This document shows, piece after piece, positions 8,663-18,230 of a DNA stretch of 64,000 nt. A model generated the notes under the pieces. That model was not told the DNA's origin, searched no databases, and saw only the letters and a list, made by a program, of their open reading frames with translations. Source of the DNA: Patescibacteria group bacterium (GTDB taxonomy: Bacteria > Patescibacteriota > Patescibacteriia > Magasanikbacterales > GWA2-37-8); contig JAQWDH010000005.1 in the NCBI GenBank assembly GCA_028705565.1, forward strand, positions 5,803 through 69,802, in the 5' to 3' direction. Made by a program: the position numbers and the translations under genes. Each line of letters starts with the position of its first letter. Within the stretch, counting starts at the first letter, position 1.

Positions 8663-9562
8663 ATGTTAACTCCTCAATTTAAAACTCCCCGACTCGCTAA
8701 AATAATTGGGTTAAAAAACGAATTATATCTTAAACGAGAGGACTTGCATCCTTATGGTTCGCACAAGGGACGCTCAATTCCTTTAATGATTGAAAAATAC
8801 GCCAAAGAAAAGCTGCGCGATTTTGTCGTTTCGTCTTCCGGCAACGCCGCGCTGGCCTCGGCTTTATATATTTCAGAATATAACAAACGGCATCCGCAAA
8901 AATCTCTTACTTTAAAAATATTCGTCGGAAAAAATATTGAAAAAGAAAAAATGAAAAATTTAAAAAGAACAATTCGCGGCAAAAAATTCATAATTCTATC
9001 GCAAACAGCGAACCCGAAACAATCGGCTTTTCAGATGGAAAAAAATAATTTGGCAAAAAACTTGCGGCAGTCAACGGATGATAGCGCTTTAATCGGCTAT
9101 AAAAAATTGGCCGCTGAATTATCAAAAATAAAAAATTTATCCGCCGTGTTCATCCCTACTTCCAGCGGCGCGACCGCGCAGGCGATTTATCTTAGTTTTA
9201 AAAAAATCGGAATCAATCCGCAAATTCACATTGTTCAAACTACCGCCTGTCACCCAATCGCCGATGAAATTAACAAAGACGAAGAACAAACGATTGAAAA
9301 TACAAAAAAATCTTTGGCATCCGCCATCGTTGATAAAATAGCTCACAGAAAAAAAGAGGTGTCGGAAGCGGTAAAAAAAAGCAACGGCGACGGCTGGATA
9401 ATAAATGACCAAGAAATAAAAACCGCGATAAAAATAACTGAAAAAACGACCGGCATTAAAATCTCGCCAAACAGCGCGTTGTCCATGGCCGGCCTATCGC
9501 AAGCCGTAAAACAAGGTCGTCAATTCTCCGGTTCGGTCGTTTGTCTGCTCACTGGAAAATAA
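8663..9562 (+). CDS. PLP-dependent fold type II enzyme (threonine synthase/cysteine synthase-like)
   Basis: LYLKREDLHPYGSHKGR (Schiff-base Lys), SSSGNAA, PTSSGAT, SPNSA, VCLLTGK. Confidence 0.85.
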   Translation: MLTPQFKTPRLAKIIGLKNELYLKREDLHPYGSHKGRSIPLMIEKYAKEKLRDFVVSSSGNAALASALYISEYNKRHPQKSLTLKIFVGKNIEKEKMKNLKRTIRGKKFIILSQTANPKQSAFQMEKNNLAKNLRQSTDDSALIGYKKLAAELSKIKNLSAVFIPTSSGATAQAIYLSFKKIGINPQIHIVQTTACHPIADEINKDEEQTIENTKKSLASAIVDKIAHRKKEVSEAVKKSNGDGWIINDQEIKTAIKITEKTTGIKISPNSALSMAGLSQAVKQGRQFSGSVVCLLTGK

Positions 9563-9595
9563 TTAAAAAAGGAAGGTTTTGTCCTTCCTATGACT

Positions 9596-9778
9596 TTAAT
9601 TGTATTTTTTTTCTTCTCCTTCTTCCATATCCTCCCCTGCTTCTCCTGCATACTCCCTGAGCAGGGAGTCTTTGTTTTTAATTTTCTTTTCTTTTTCTTC
9701 TTTTTCTTCTTCTTTTTTTTCCGACGACCACGGGTCGTCATTTTCATTCAAAAAAATATTATTGTTGGGTTTGGTCAT
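9596..9778 (-). CDS. Small acidic hypothetical protein (60 aa)
   Basis: AGGAGG RBS just upstream and TTGACA-17-TTTAAT promoter at 9874-9846. Confidence 0.6.
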   Translation of the reverse strand: MTKPNNNIFLNENDDPWSSEKKEEEKEEKEKKIKNKDSLLREYAGEAGEDMEEGEEKKYN

Positions 9779-9880
9779 TTTTTTCCTCCTTCCGCCAAAG
9801 GCGGATAAATATAAAATTTTTTATGCAAAGACCGTATAATTTTGTATTAAACTACATTTTTTATTTTTTGTCAATATCGC

Positions 9881-11887
9881 CTATTCTCTTATCATTACTA
9901 TCTCATCCGCGCCGTCAAAATTTACGTCAACGGCTTCCAAATAAATTTTATTCGCTCCGAAAAGCAATGGAGCGCCAAACTCTGATATTTTTTTGCCTTT
10001 TTGATTATAAACCATTATTAAAAAATTCTTGCCTGAATTAAAACCAGCTATTATCTCGTCCTTTCCATCTTTATTAACATCCCCGCTCGCCAACGCGAAA
10101 TTTTTATTGCCGCTTTTCGCTTTTTTCATATCAATCGTAAATTTTATTTTCAAACGCGCCAAAGAATTATCATATATGAAAATTTCGCCAGTGCTTTCTT
10201 TGCCGGCTATGAATTCCGCTGTCCCGTCGCCGTCTATGTCTCCGCTTGCTATTTTCACTGCTCCGACATATTTTTTTCCAACCGGATAAAATCCTTCGTT
10301 TAAAATAGCTCCGCTGTAATCGTATTTAATAATCTTTCCGCCGGTTGGGGAAGCCAAAAAAATTTCGTCAGTTTTTTGTTTTGTTTCCGTGTTCACCGCG
10401 AGCCCGATATCCCCTGCCATATTTCCGCTAAACGGATAATCGCTAAACCAACGTCCTCCAACACTGTTATAAATTTCCACTTTGCCTCCCTTGATGATTA
10501 TTTTTTCTTCCCTTCCGTCTCCGTTCAAATCTCCGCTATAAATTTTTACGCCTCCGGAAAACCCTTCTTCATAAATAAAAAATCCGTTACGCGCGCGTCT
10601 GCCTTTGATATCAAAAAAACTCGCGAATCCTCCATTGATAAATACTGTGTCTCGCGCCGTTTGAAAAGTTTTTAACAAAAGCAGTCCTTCTTTCGCGTTT
10701 AATTTTATTTTACTGACGATGGAACCGTCGTTGGCTTCCGCATCTTGCGAGCCGATTATTTTTTCGTATTCGCCTCCCAAATCCACCTCTGCGGATTTGT
10801 CGGACGAATTTACCAACACTATCCCGTTGGTAAAATCACGCCGCCAAACATCGCGTTGAAAATCCGTTTTACCTGACAAGGATCGCGCTTCGGATACTGC
10901 TTTGCCCAAATTTATCTCGTATTCGTCATACCACCAAACTTGACCGTGGTCCTTGTCGCCATAATCAAAAGAATAATACCCATTTCCCAAAAGCGCGCTC
11001 GCGAGTCCAAAACGCATTTCTTTGTAACTTTCTTTTCCGCCTTTATTGGCAGTATTATTGTTTATGATTAAAACTCTCGGCAATGGCTTTCCATTTTCAA
11101 ATGAAACGTATTTTTCCATGCTCGCCTGCCAATCGCCGGCTGAAAAATTTTCCACCATCAACCCGTTCAAATCATCCTTGTAAATCTCTCCGGCGCCATT
11201 GCCGACGATAATAAAATTATTTCCCGCCGACGCTCGCGTTTCATTAAAAAGAATTTTCATTCCGGCTCGCCAACGCTCATTCGCGTCCGCGTCAACTTTG
11301 CCGTCTTTGTCCAAATCAATTCCGGTAGAAAGCCAATTTACGCTATCCCACGAATTATCGTAAAAAATTCCGTCCCACAAACCGGTTGACAAAATTTCGT
11401 TCACCGCGAATTTCGCGAGATACTCGTTCCATCGCAATCCTCCGGCGCGCGGACAATTATCAGCAGGATTAAGCATCCATGTTTCCGGCCAAAAAACCAA
11501 ACGCTGTCCTTTCGTATCGGTCAAATACCATTTTTCGGAAATTCCGCTCGCCAATTTTCTTCTCATTTGACTGTAAGACGAAACAGCGTCTTGCCGTATT
11601 TCCTCTGTGGTGATATACGCCAAAATTTTTATATTCGGATTCAATTGCCTGATTTTTTTCAAAGTTTCTTTGCTTTTTATCTGCAGTTCCATATCTAAAA
11701 TCAGCAAGTCCCATTTTGCCAAATCCGAAGCGCGCGAAATATCAATCTCCCAAGTCAAATAATAATTCGCCCTTTTTGGAAAATTGTTTTTTTCCGCTGT
11801 AAAAACGCGCGTCGGTAAAAACAAAGACGCCGCGGCGAGAACCGCGAAAAAATAACTTAAAAAATATTTTTTTCGGATAAAAATCAT
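9881..11887 (-). CDS. Secreted putative glycoside hydrolase (GHL15-like TIM barrel) with C-terminal FG-GAP-like repeats
   Basis: Signal peptide, WDGIFYDN, repeats GDLNGDGREE, GDIDGDGTAE, GDVNKDGKDE, DVNFDGADE; start moved to MIFIRK to avoid overlap. Confidence 0.65.
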   Translation of the reverse strand: MIFIRKKYFLSYFFAVLAAASLFLPTRVFTAEKNNFPKRANYYLTWEIDISRASDLAKWDLLILDMELQIKSKETLKKIRQLNPNIKILAYITTEEIRQDAVSSYSQMRRKLASGISEKWYLTDTKGQRLVFWPETWMLNPADNCPRAGGLRWNEYLAKFAVNEILSTGLWDGIFYDNSWDSVNWLSTGIDLDKDGKVDADANERWRAGMKILFNETRASAGNNFIIVGNGAGEIYKDDLNGLMVENFSAGDWQASMEKYVSFENGKPLPRVLIINNNTANKGGKESYKEMRFGLASALLGNGYYSFDYGDKDHGQVWWYDEYEINLGKAVSEARSLSGKTDFQRDVWRRDFTNGIVLVNSSDKSAEVDLGGEYEKIIGSQDAEANDGSIVSKIKLNAKEGLLLLKTFQTARDTVFINGGFASFFDIKGRRARNGFFIYEEGFSGGVKIYSGDLNGDGREEKIIIKGGKVEIYNSVGGRWFSDYPFSGNMAGDIGLAVNTETKQKTDEIFLASPTGGKIIKYDYSGAILNEGFYPVGKKYVGAVKIASGDIDGDGTAEFIAGKESTGEIFIYDNSLARLKIKFTIDMKKAKSGNKNFALASGDVNKDGKDEIIAGFNSGKNFLIMVYNQKGKKISEFGAPLLFGANKIYLEAVDVNFDGADEIVMIRE

Positions 11888-11891
11888 GTTT

Positions 11892-13007
11892 TTAAATATC
11901 GTATTCTTTTTTAGACAACAAATCGTCATAAATTCTTTCAATTTCGCGGATGTTTTTCTTTATGTCAAAATTTCCACGCGCGTATTCCCTGGCTTTTTCG
12001 CCCATTCTTTTGCCTTCGTCTTTACGCAAAAACAAAAACCTTACGGCATCTGCGATTTGCACCGCGCTTCCTGCTTTAACCAAAATGCCGGTTTCATCGG
12101 GTTTTATCAATTCTTCTCCTGCCGGAACGGACGCTACAACGCACCTGCCGGATGCCATGGCTTCCATTACAGCCAAACTTAATCCTTCCCACAAAGATGG
12201 CTGAATTACAACATCTATCCATTCGTAAAATCGCGTAATATCGTCAATATTTCCATGCCACGCGATTCTATTTTCAATCCCCAATTTTTTAGCTTCAATC
12301 TTCAATTTATCCCGCAAAGAGCCGTCTCCAAAAATTTCCAATCTCCACCAATCCATATTTTTAAGAGTTGAAAGAGCCCTGAAAAGATATATATGCCCTT
12401 TTTGCTGCTCCAATCTACCGACAATCGCCAAACGCAATGCTTTGTCTTGAAAAAAACATTCGGTCGGAACCGCCAAACATTTTTCCAAATCAATGCCGTT
12501 GCGTATCATTTTTATTTTATTTTCTTTTATATTAAAATTCGCGCGGCAATACACGCCCACTCCGTCTGACACTGCGATTATTTTATCGGCCGAGCGCAAA
12601 ATATATTTCCAAATAAAACGCCGTAAAAAAGAAGTTTGCCATTCAACATTATGCTGTGTGGAAACCCATTTAATTTTGCGTTTTGAAAAAAACAAAAGCA
12701 GGTAAGCGACAAGGTCTCCGCCAAAAAGATGACTGTGTATCAAATCGGGTTTAAATTCCTCAACATATTTTTTCAATGATTTGAAAACCGCCCATCTTCC
12801 GCCTTGTCTTGAACGCGAACCGACAAACAAATTAATGTCCAAACTTTCAAATTGCGGACGCAAACATCCATCTTCAACGGAGCTCGCGACGATTATCTCA
12901 TATTTTTCCTTATCCAAAAAACGCGCGTAATGCCAAACAACGCGTTCCGCTCCTCCGACATTGAACGCCGGTATGATATGCAAAATTTTTTTCTTTTTGA
13001 CTATCAT
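11892..13007 (-). CDS. Glycosyltransferase family 4
   Basis: KILHII..FNVGGAE, VGRLEQQKG, PSLWEGLSLAVMEAMASG; ATGA overlap with upstream stop supports start 13007. Confidence 0.93.
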   Translation of the reverse strand: MIVKKKKILHIIPAFNVGGAERVVWHYARFLDKEKYEIIVASSVEDGCLRPQFESLDINLFVGSRSRQGGRWAVFKSLKKYVEEFKPDLIHSHLFGGDLVAYLLLFFSKRKIKWVSTQHNVEWQTSFLRRFIWKYILRSADKIIAVSDGVGVYCRANFNIKENKIKMIRNGIDLEKCLAVPTECFFQDKALRLAIVGRLEQQKGHIYLFRALSTLKNMDWWRLEIFGDGSLRDKLKIEAKKLGIENRIAWHGNIDDITRFYEWIDVVIQPSLWEGLSLAVMEAMASGRCVVASVPAGEELIKPDETGILVKAGSAVQIADAVRFLFLRKDEGKRMGEKAREYARGNFDIKKNIREIERIYDDLLSKKEYDI

Positions 13008-14479
13008 ATTTTTGAAACGAATTTCTTTTTTCGCGCGAAATTTATTCTTAAATTCGCGAACAACGTTTCGGAACTGTAAGCGATACTTTGCGCCACTGCC
13101 AAAGCGATGGGCACCCACATTTTGCTTGAATAAAACTGCGTGTTAAAAAGCTGAAAAACAAGCGGCGACAAAACCAAAAATAACGAAACGAAATAAGCCA
13201 AACGCGCCTCTTCGGTATAACGTTCGTCTCTATATCTTTTGTAAATAATAAAAACAATCCAACCGATAAACAAACCGAACGTCAAAAGACCGAATATTCC
13301 CTGCTCGGCCAAAAGTTTTTGCGCGATTCCGTGCGCGTCCAACGGGTCGCCGAATTCAAAACGAAACACGCCTATTTCTCCGGCGCGCGACAAAAAACTT
13401 CCTATACCTTGTCCGATAAACGGATGTTCTTTAAATAAAAACCAAGAAATGTTGGCGAGATACCAACGCGCCGCGGTTGAACTGCGGACAATCGGACTTG
13501 CTGTTAAAAAATACACGAGATAAACGAAAAGCGGAACAATAAAAAATGCGATTAAAAATTGAAATTTCCGCGCGTATTTTTTAAAATCTATTTTTTTACG
13601 CATCAAATAAACGAACACAACCGCCTCCACCGCCATTGTAAGCCAACCTGCGCGAGACAAAGTTAAAAGACCGATGATTAAAACAAATATCGTCGCCGCG
13701 CCGTAATATTTCCCACGCGCGGTGTTTTTATTTTTATACCAAAAATACAAAAATATCGGCAAGACGGAAGTTATCGTTTCGGCGAGAAAAATATGTTGGT
13801 CGCCGAAAGGCGCCCATCCGCCGATTGAGAACGGAGCGGCTCGGCGCATTCCGCCGGCTACAGCCCCCCATCCGAAAACGAAAGAAACAAATCCCATTGC
13901 CGCGCCCAAAAAACCGATTGACGCGAAAACAGCCAAACTTTTTTCCCAAATCTTTTTATCGTTCGCTATGTTCGCGCCGAGCATCACATAACCGAAATAA
14001 AATAATAAAAGAAAATGAAAAATATATTTTATTCCTCCAGCGATTTCAACAGACGACAAATTAATGAGCGACACGACAGCTGATAAAATAAAAAGCGCAA
14101 ACAAATGAAAACCCGGCAAGTTCACCTGTTCTGATTCGCCTTTGAAAAATCCACGAAATTTATTTATTACAAACGCGATTAAAAGCAAAATCGCCCAAAA
14201 TTCCACTGCCGGCGCGTTGACTTGTTCCAATCTGTAAAAACCTGAAAAAAAGGAAGGAAATTGTTCAAAACTTATAACCCAGTTGATGAGCGGTGAAATA
14301 AAAACCAAAATATACCAACCGATGTCTAAACGGTAAGAAACAGCCCAAGCCAAAAATAAAATGAAAAACACGGCCAAAGGCAAATATCCAACCCAAATAT
14401 AAAGCAGAACAAAACACAAAAACAGCAAAACAAAGCCAAAAAACTTGAAGGCCGTCTTTTTGTAAGAAATTTCCTTCAT
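13004..14479 (-). CDS. O-antigen ligase/polymerase family membrane protein
   Basis: Many TMs, TLSRAGW, HPFIGQGIGSF, DAHG...LAEQGIFG. Confidence 0.85.
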   Translation of the reverse strand: MKEISYKKTAFKFFGFVLLFLCFVLLYIWVGYLPLAVFFILFLAWAVSYRLDIGWYILVFISPLINWVISFEQFPSFFSGFYRLEQVNAPAVEFWAILLLIAFVINKFRGFFKGESEQVNLPGFHLFALFILSAVVSLINLSSVEIAGGIKYIFHFLLLFYFGYVMLGANIANDKKIWEKSLAVFASIGFLGAAMGFVSFVFGWGAVAGGMRRAAPFSIGGWAPFGDQHIFLAETITSVLPIFLYFWYKNKNTARGKYYGAATIFVLIIGLLTLSRAGWLTMAVEAVVFVYLMRKKIDFKKYARKFQFLIAFFIVPLFVYLVYFLTASPIVRSSTAARWYLANISWFLFKEHPFIGQGIGSFLSRAGEIGVFRFEFGDPLDAHGIAQKLLAEQGIFGLLTFGLFIGWIVFIIYKRYRDERYTEEARLAYFVSLFLVLSPLVFQLFNTQFYSSKMWVPIALAVAQSIAYSSETLFANLRINFARKKKFVSKI

Positions 14480-14523
14480 ATATATCCATTATACCAAAAA
14501 TTTCGCATTTAGAGAAAAAGAAA

Positions 14524-14547
14524 GGGGGTTACACACAGGCAACCCCC
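14524..14547 (-). terminator. Intrinsic terminator
   Basis: GGGGGTT/AACCCCC stem followed by T-rich run on minus strand, downstream of 14736-15875 gene. Confidence 0.55.
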
Positions 14548-14556
14548 AAAAAATTT

Positions 14557-14730
14557 TGTCATTCCGATCCGCCCGGGGCGGAGAGAAATCTCTGCCGGTT
14601 ATTGTAAACCGGACAGAGATCCCTCGTTTCACTCGGGATGACACTTAAGTTTTTGTCATTCCGACGAAGGAGGAATCCCTGTCGGTTATTGTAAACCGGA
14701 CAGAGTTCCCTCGTTTCACTCGGGATGACA
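14557..14730. repeat. Two tandem family A palindromic elements (14557-14643, 14654-14730)
   Basis: Both start TGTCATTCCGA, end CTCGTTTCACTCGGGATGACA and share CGGTTATTGTAAACCGGACAGAG. Confidence 0.92.
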
Positions 14731-14735
14731 CTTTC

Positions 14736-15875
14736 TTACAACCATCCACACTCCACCTTCCACCCCTCCTCCTCCTGGGGTGTCCATATGCATGGGTCTT
14801 GTTGACCTGTCTCGTCAACAAGACCATCGCAATCATTATCAAATGAATCGCCCGTGGTGTCGTGCATCCACGGGTTGTTCAATATTGACCCGTCGGTCCG
14901 GAAGAAAAAAAACGAACCTTCTGGACACTGGGTCTCTGTTAAAATAAATAATTTTCCAGTATCCTCTAGACACACTGTCCACTCCTCCAAATCGGTGGGG
15001 TCATCGTCGCAATCTCCACCCCACCAGACCTCGCACAACCTATTAACAGAATCAATGCACGGCGCCACCTCGCAGTGGCAATCTCCGTCATCGTCTGTAT
15101 TATCTTCACAATCTTCATCTGTATCATTATTACAATTACTATCAATATCATCTCCGCATATCTCTTCTGCGGCCGGGTTTATATTTGAATTAATATCGTC
15201 GCAATCCGGTCCTAACTCACAATTTTCTCCATAGTTATCGCCGTCGTTGTCTATGCATTCAAGAATAACAATTTCTCTTATACCGGCAAACATGAATGCC
15301 GGTTCATTATGAACTGTGGAGCACCTTGGGTCCACCCCGTCACAATTTTCATCAATTCCATTTCCGCATATTTCTGTTGCACTTGGATTGATAAAAAACG
15401 AAGTATCGTCGCAATCTTCCGGCGACAAAAAATTGTCGCCGTCACGGTCGCAAACATTGAGGTCGTCAACCTCAAGATTGCAATTATCATCAATTCCGTT
15501 ACCACATATTTCTGTTGCGCCGTGATGAATGCGTGGATTTCGCGGAGCACAATCAGTTTCGTTCGGATCTCCGTCATTATCAAAATCATCCGAAGGACAC
15601 GCGGCGACGATTCCGTCGCAGTCCTCGTCAATTCCATTTTCGCAGATTTCTGTTGCGCCAGGATTTATCTCTGAATCATTATCATCACAATCTGGTCCCA
15701 ACTCACAATCTTCACCATAATTATCACCGTCGTTGTCTATACAACTATTATTATCGCAGTTATTAGAGCCATAGCATGGCTCATAGCAGCTATTGATTGA
15801 GATCAATATACTCAACCCTACAAAAAAGAAAAACAAAAAAATAATACTGATAATAATATTTCTTTTTCCTATCAT
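14736..15875 (-). CDS. Membrane-anchored Cys/Asp-rich surface protein with MopE-related metal-binding repeats
   Basis: N-terminal TM; repeated DCDD.....NP.A.EICGNGID.NC.G motifs; GGGAGG RBS. Confidence 0.8.
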   Translation of the reverse strand: MIGKRNIIISIIFLFFFFVGLSILISINSCYEPCYGSNNCDNNSCIDNDGDNYGEDCELGPDCDDNDSEINPGATEICENGIDEDCDGIVAACPSDDFDNDGDPNETDCAPRNPRIHHGATEICGNGIDDNCNLEVDDLNVCDRDGDNFLSPEDCDDTSFFINPSATEICGNGIDENCDGVDPRCSTVHNEPAFMFAGIREIVILECIDNDGDNYGENCELGPDCDDINSNINPAAEEICGDDIDSNCNNDTDEDCEDNTDDDGDCHCEVAPCIDSVNRLCEVWWGGDCDDDPTDLEEWTVCLEDTGKLFILTETQCPEGSFFFFRTDGSILNNPWMHDTTGDSFDNDCDGLVDETGQQDPCIWTPQEEEGWKVECGWL

Positions 15876-16037
15876 AAAAAACCTCCCGCCCGTCCGCTTT
15901 TAAGCCGACGATACATTTGTTAAGGGCTAAACAACCCATAGAAAGGATGTGTTTAGCGCGAGCTTTCTTATGTCTATAGTCTATAGACTATAGACTATTT
16001 AATTGTCAAAGAATACGCAAGTATAGCATATTTTAGC

Positions 16038-16121
16038 TGTCATCCTGAACACAGTGAAGGAACTCTGTCTGTTGTTGTTTAATCAATTGGACAGAGATTC
16101 TTCGCTTTGCTCAGAATGACA
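16038..16121. repeat. Family A palindromic element
   Basis: TGTCATCCTGA...TCAGAATGACA termini, inner CTCTGTC/GACAGAG arms. Confidence 0.85.
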
Positions 16122-16157
16122 ATTAACAAAACTCGCTAAAAGTTCAAAGAATACGCA

Positions 16158-16186
16158 AGTATAGCATATTTTGACGATTTTGTCAA
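16158..16186 (-). promoter_or_regulatory. Sigma70 promoter for the MopE-repeat gene
   Basis: TTGACA-17 bp-TATACT with extended TG. Confidence 0.7.
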
Positions 16187-16289
16187 GTTTTTAAGCGCTT
16201 TTTTCGCTTGTTTTAAGCAAAAAACCGCCTTTTGGGCGGCAAATTTGGATGTTGATTTTACCTTATTTTGGTAAAATTTATTTTTTAAA

Positions 16290-17219
16290 TCAGAAACCGC
16301 GGCAATCAAAAAATTTTTTTCTTATTGCTAAACGACAATCGTTCTCGTGCAACTTAATAATTCCATCGCCAAAAATCACACCTTTGTCGCCGGCTACGGC
16401 TTTTTCTTTCACGGAAAATTTTATTTTTGCCAACTGCCATTCCCGCGCTTGTTTTTCAATCATATTTCCATACGCCACTGCCCACATTTTTTCCCACGCT
16501 TTTTTCCAACAAACGGCAAACAGTGTATCGGACACCGAAACTCTGCTTGTAAAATTCGCTTCTTTAAAGATATACGGCAAAAATTTTTCCACCCAATTAT
16601 TGGCATTTAAAAATTTTTGATAATAATTCAGCGGGTCATACAACGGAATCATTCGCCTCGTCCAATAAGCGAAATGTATATCGTCTTCCTCAATTCTGCA
16701 ACGCGATAAATCCAAATTGTCTTCGTCAATAAAAAACGAAAGACAAATTTTGTCGGCTTGTTTGGAGCCGTAAGTCCTCATTCCGAAAACGCGCAAAATA
16801 AGATTCGCGAAAAATCTCACAATCCAAACTCGCCCACGCGCCGCGACTATCAAAAAATCTATATCACTTTCCTTTGTCGCCTCTTCGGCGCCGACTGAAT
16901 TGCAAACGAACACCGCTCGTAAAAAAGGTATGGAACGAATTTTTTTAATCGCGCGTTTGGCTATTTTAATTTTTATTTCGCTCTCAACCAAAGCCGCCCG
17001 CCTTTTCTCCGTGATTTCATTTCTTCCTGGCAAAAAATAATATCCGCATTTCGTTTCCACCGAATTTTCATTTTTAATTTTTTCCAATTCATTTAAAAAA
17101 TCTTCATAACTTACTCGCGGCGGACGCCACAAAAATTCAAAAAGTTCCTCTTTTGTTAAGGGATAATCAAAAAAATTGAAGTATGACAATGTTTGAATTA
17201 TGGAAGATTTTAAATCCAT
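16290..17219 (-). CDS. Hypothetical protein with nucleotidyltransferase-like motif
   Basis: VCNSVG......SDIDFLIV resembles GS-x-DxD Pol-beta superfamily motif. Confidence 0.55.
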   Translation of the reverse strand: MDLKSSIIQTLSYFNFFDYPLTKEELFEFLWRPPRVSYEDFLNELEKIKNENSVETKCGYYFLPGRNEITEKRRAALVESEIKIKIAKRAIKKIRSIPFLRAVFVCNSVGAEEATKESDIDFLIVAARGRVWIVRFFANLILRVFGMRTYGSKQADKICLSFFIDEDNLDLSRCRIEEDDIHFAYWTRRMIPLYDPLNYYQKFLNANNWVEKFLPYIFKEANFTSRVSVSDTLFAVCWKKAWEKMWAVAYGNMIEKQAREWQLAKIKFSVKEKAVAGDKGVIFGDGIIKLHENDCRLAIRKKFFDCRGF

Positions 17220-17220
17220 C

Positions 17221-17523
17221 TTATTCGTTTTTACTCATCATTGCCCCGCCGAACGCGCCAACGGGAGCAGTATCTTTCACCGGCTCTGATTTTTCTTTTT
17301 CTTTTATTATGGCATCTTCAACCACGACTTTATCTGCGGTGATTTCTTTTACTTGGGGTGTTTTAATAAGATAAATCTGTTTGTTTAAAAAACTTTCCCT
17401 AACAGAGTATTCGGAAACCGCGTGCGTATTAACATCCAATTTAATATCAAAAATTTTACCCAGTTTGTCGCCGGATTCCGTGTAAACCGGCAAATCCATA
17501 AGTTTTTTAACATTGATGAACAT
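17221..17523 (-). CDS. PRC-barrel domain protein
   Basis: LMDLPVYTESGDKLGKIFDIKLD; start placed at MFINVK. Confidence 0.8.
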   Translation of the reverse strand: MFINVKKLMDLPVYTESGDKLGKIFDIKLDVNTHAVSEYSVRESFLNKQIYLIKTPQVKEITADKVVVEDAIIKEKEKSEPVKDTAPVGAFGGAMMSKNE

Positions 17524-17524
17524 A

Positions 17525-18220
17525 TCATTTTCTTTTATTATTGGCAAAAATGAAGCCCATACTTTTATCAAATTTGGAAGGAAAAACGCTCACTCCAAAT
17601 CCCCAACTTCTCAATTTTATTTCTATCTCTTTATGATTTCTGTTTTTATTGTTATGATATTCCAAAATTAAACAATCCATGGGCGACAAATCATTTTCAG
17701 ACAAACTTTCAAAAATTTCAAATTCCGCGCCTTCAATATCCATTTTCAACAAAGAAATTTTTTTGAGTTTGAATTTTTTAAAAAAATCCGGCAAACAGAA
17801 GACCTTGATTTTTATCTTTTCTCCATCCGTATTTTCGTCTTTTTCGCGCAAACGATGGTTGTGGCTGTCTTCGGAAATAAGCAAATCTCTCGCGCCGGTT
17901 TCATTAGACAAAGCCGCCGCAACGATTTCAACATTTTTTATGTTATTTTCTTTTAAATGTTTTTTCAACAATTCCAGATTGCGCGGCTCGGGCTCTACCG
18001 CGTAAATTTGCGAATTCTCGTTTAAAGCTCGGCAATAAATGGAAAACATCCCCGAATGCGCTCCCGCGTCAATTATCGGAAACAACGCCTCCGCGATTTT
18101 TTCTTCCGCCACCCTATATTCCCTTAATTTAAAAATTTCACGCATCACGCTTCTGTCCGCTTCATCGCGCAACCACAGCGTTATTTTTTTTCCTAAAAAA
18201 TTGATAATGGTTTTTTCCAT
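17525..18220 (-). CDS. FkbM family methyltransferase
   Basis: IIDAGAHSGMFS, YAVEPEPRN, LLKMDIEGAE, ILEYH. Confidence 0.9.
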   Translation of the reverse strand: MEKTIINFLGKKITLWLRDEADRSVMREIFKLREYRVAEEKIAEALFPIIDAGAHSGMFSIYCRALNENSQIYAVEPEPRNLELLKKHLKENNIKNVEIVAAALSNETGARDLLISEDSHNHRLREKDENTDGEKIKIKVFCLPDFFKKFKLKKISLLKMDIEGAEFEIFESLSENDLSPMDCLILEYHNNKNRNHKEIEIKLRSWGFGVSVFPSKFDKSMGFIFANNKRK

Positions 18221-18230
18221 TTTATCAGAT

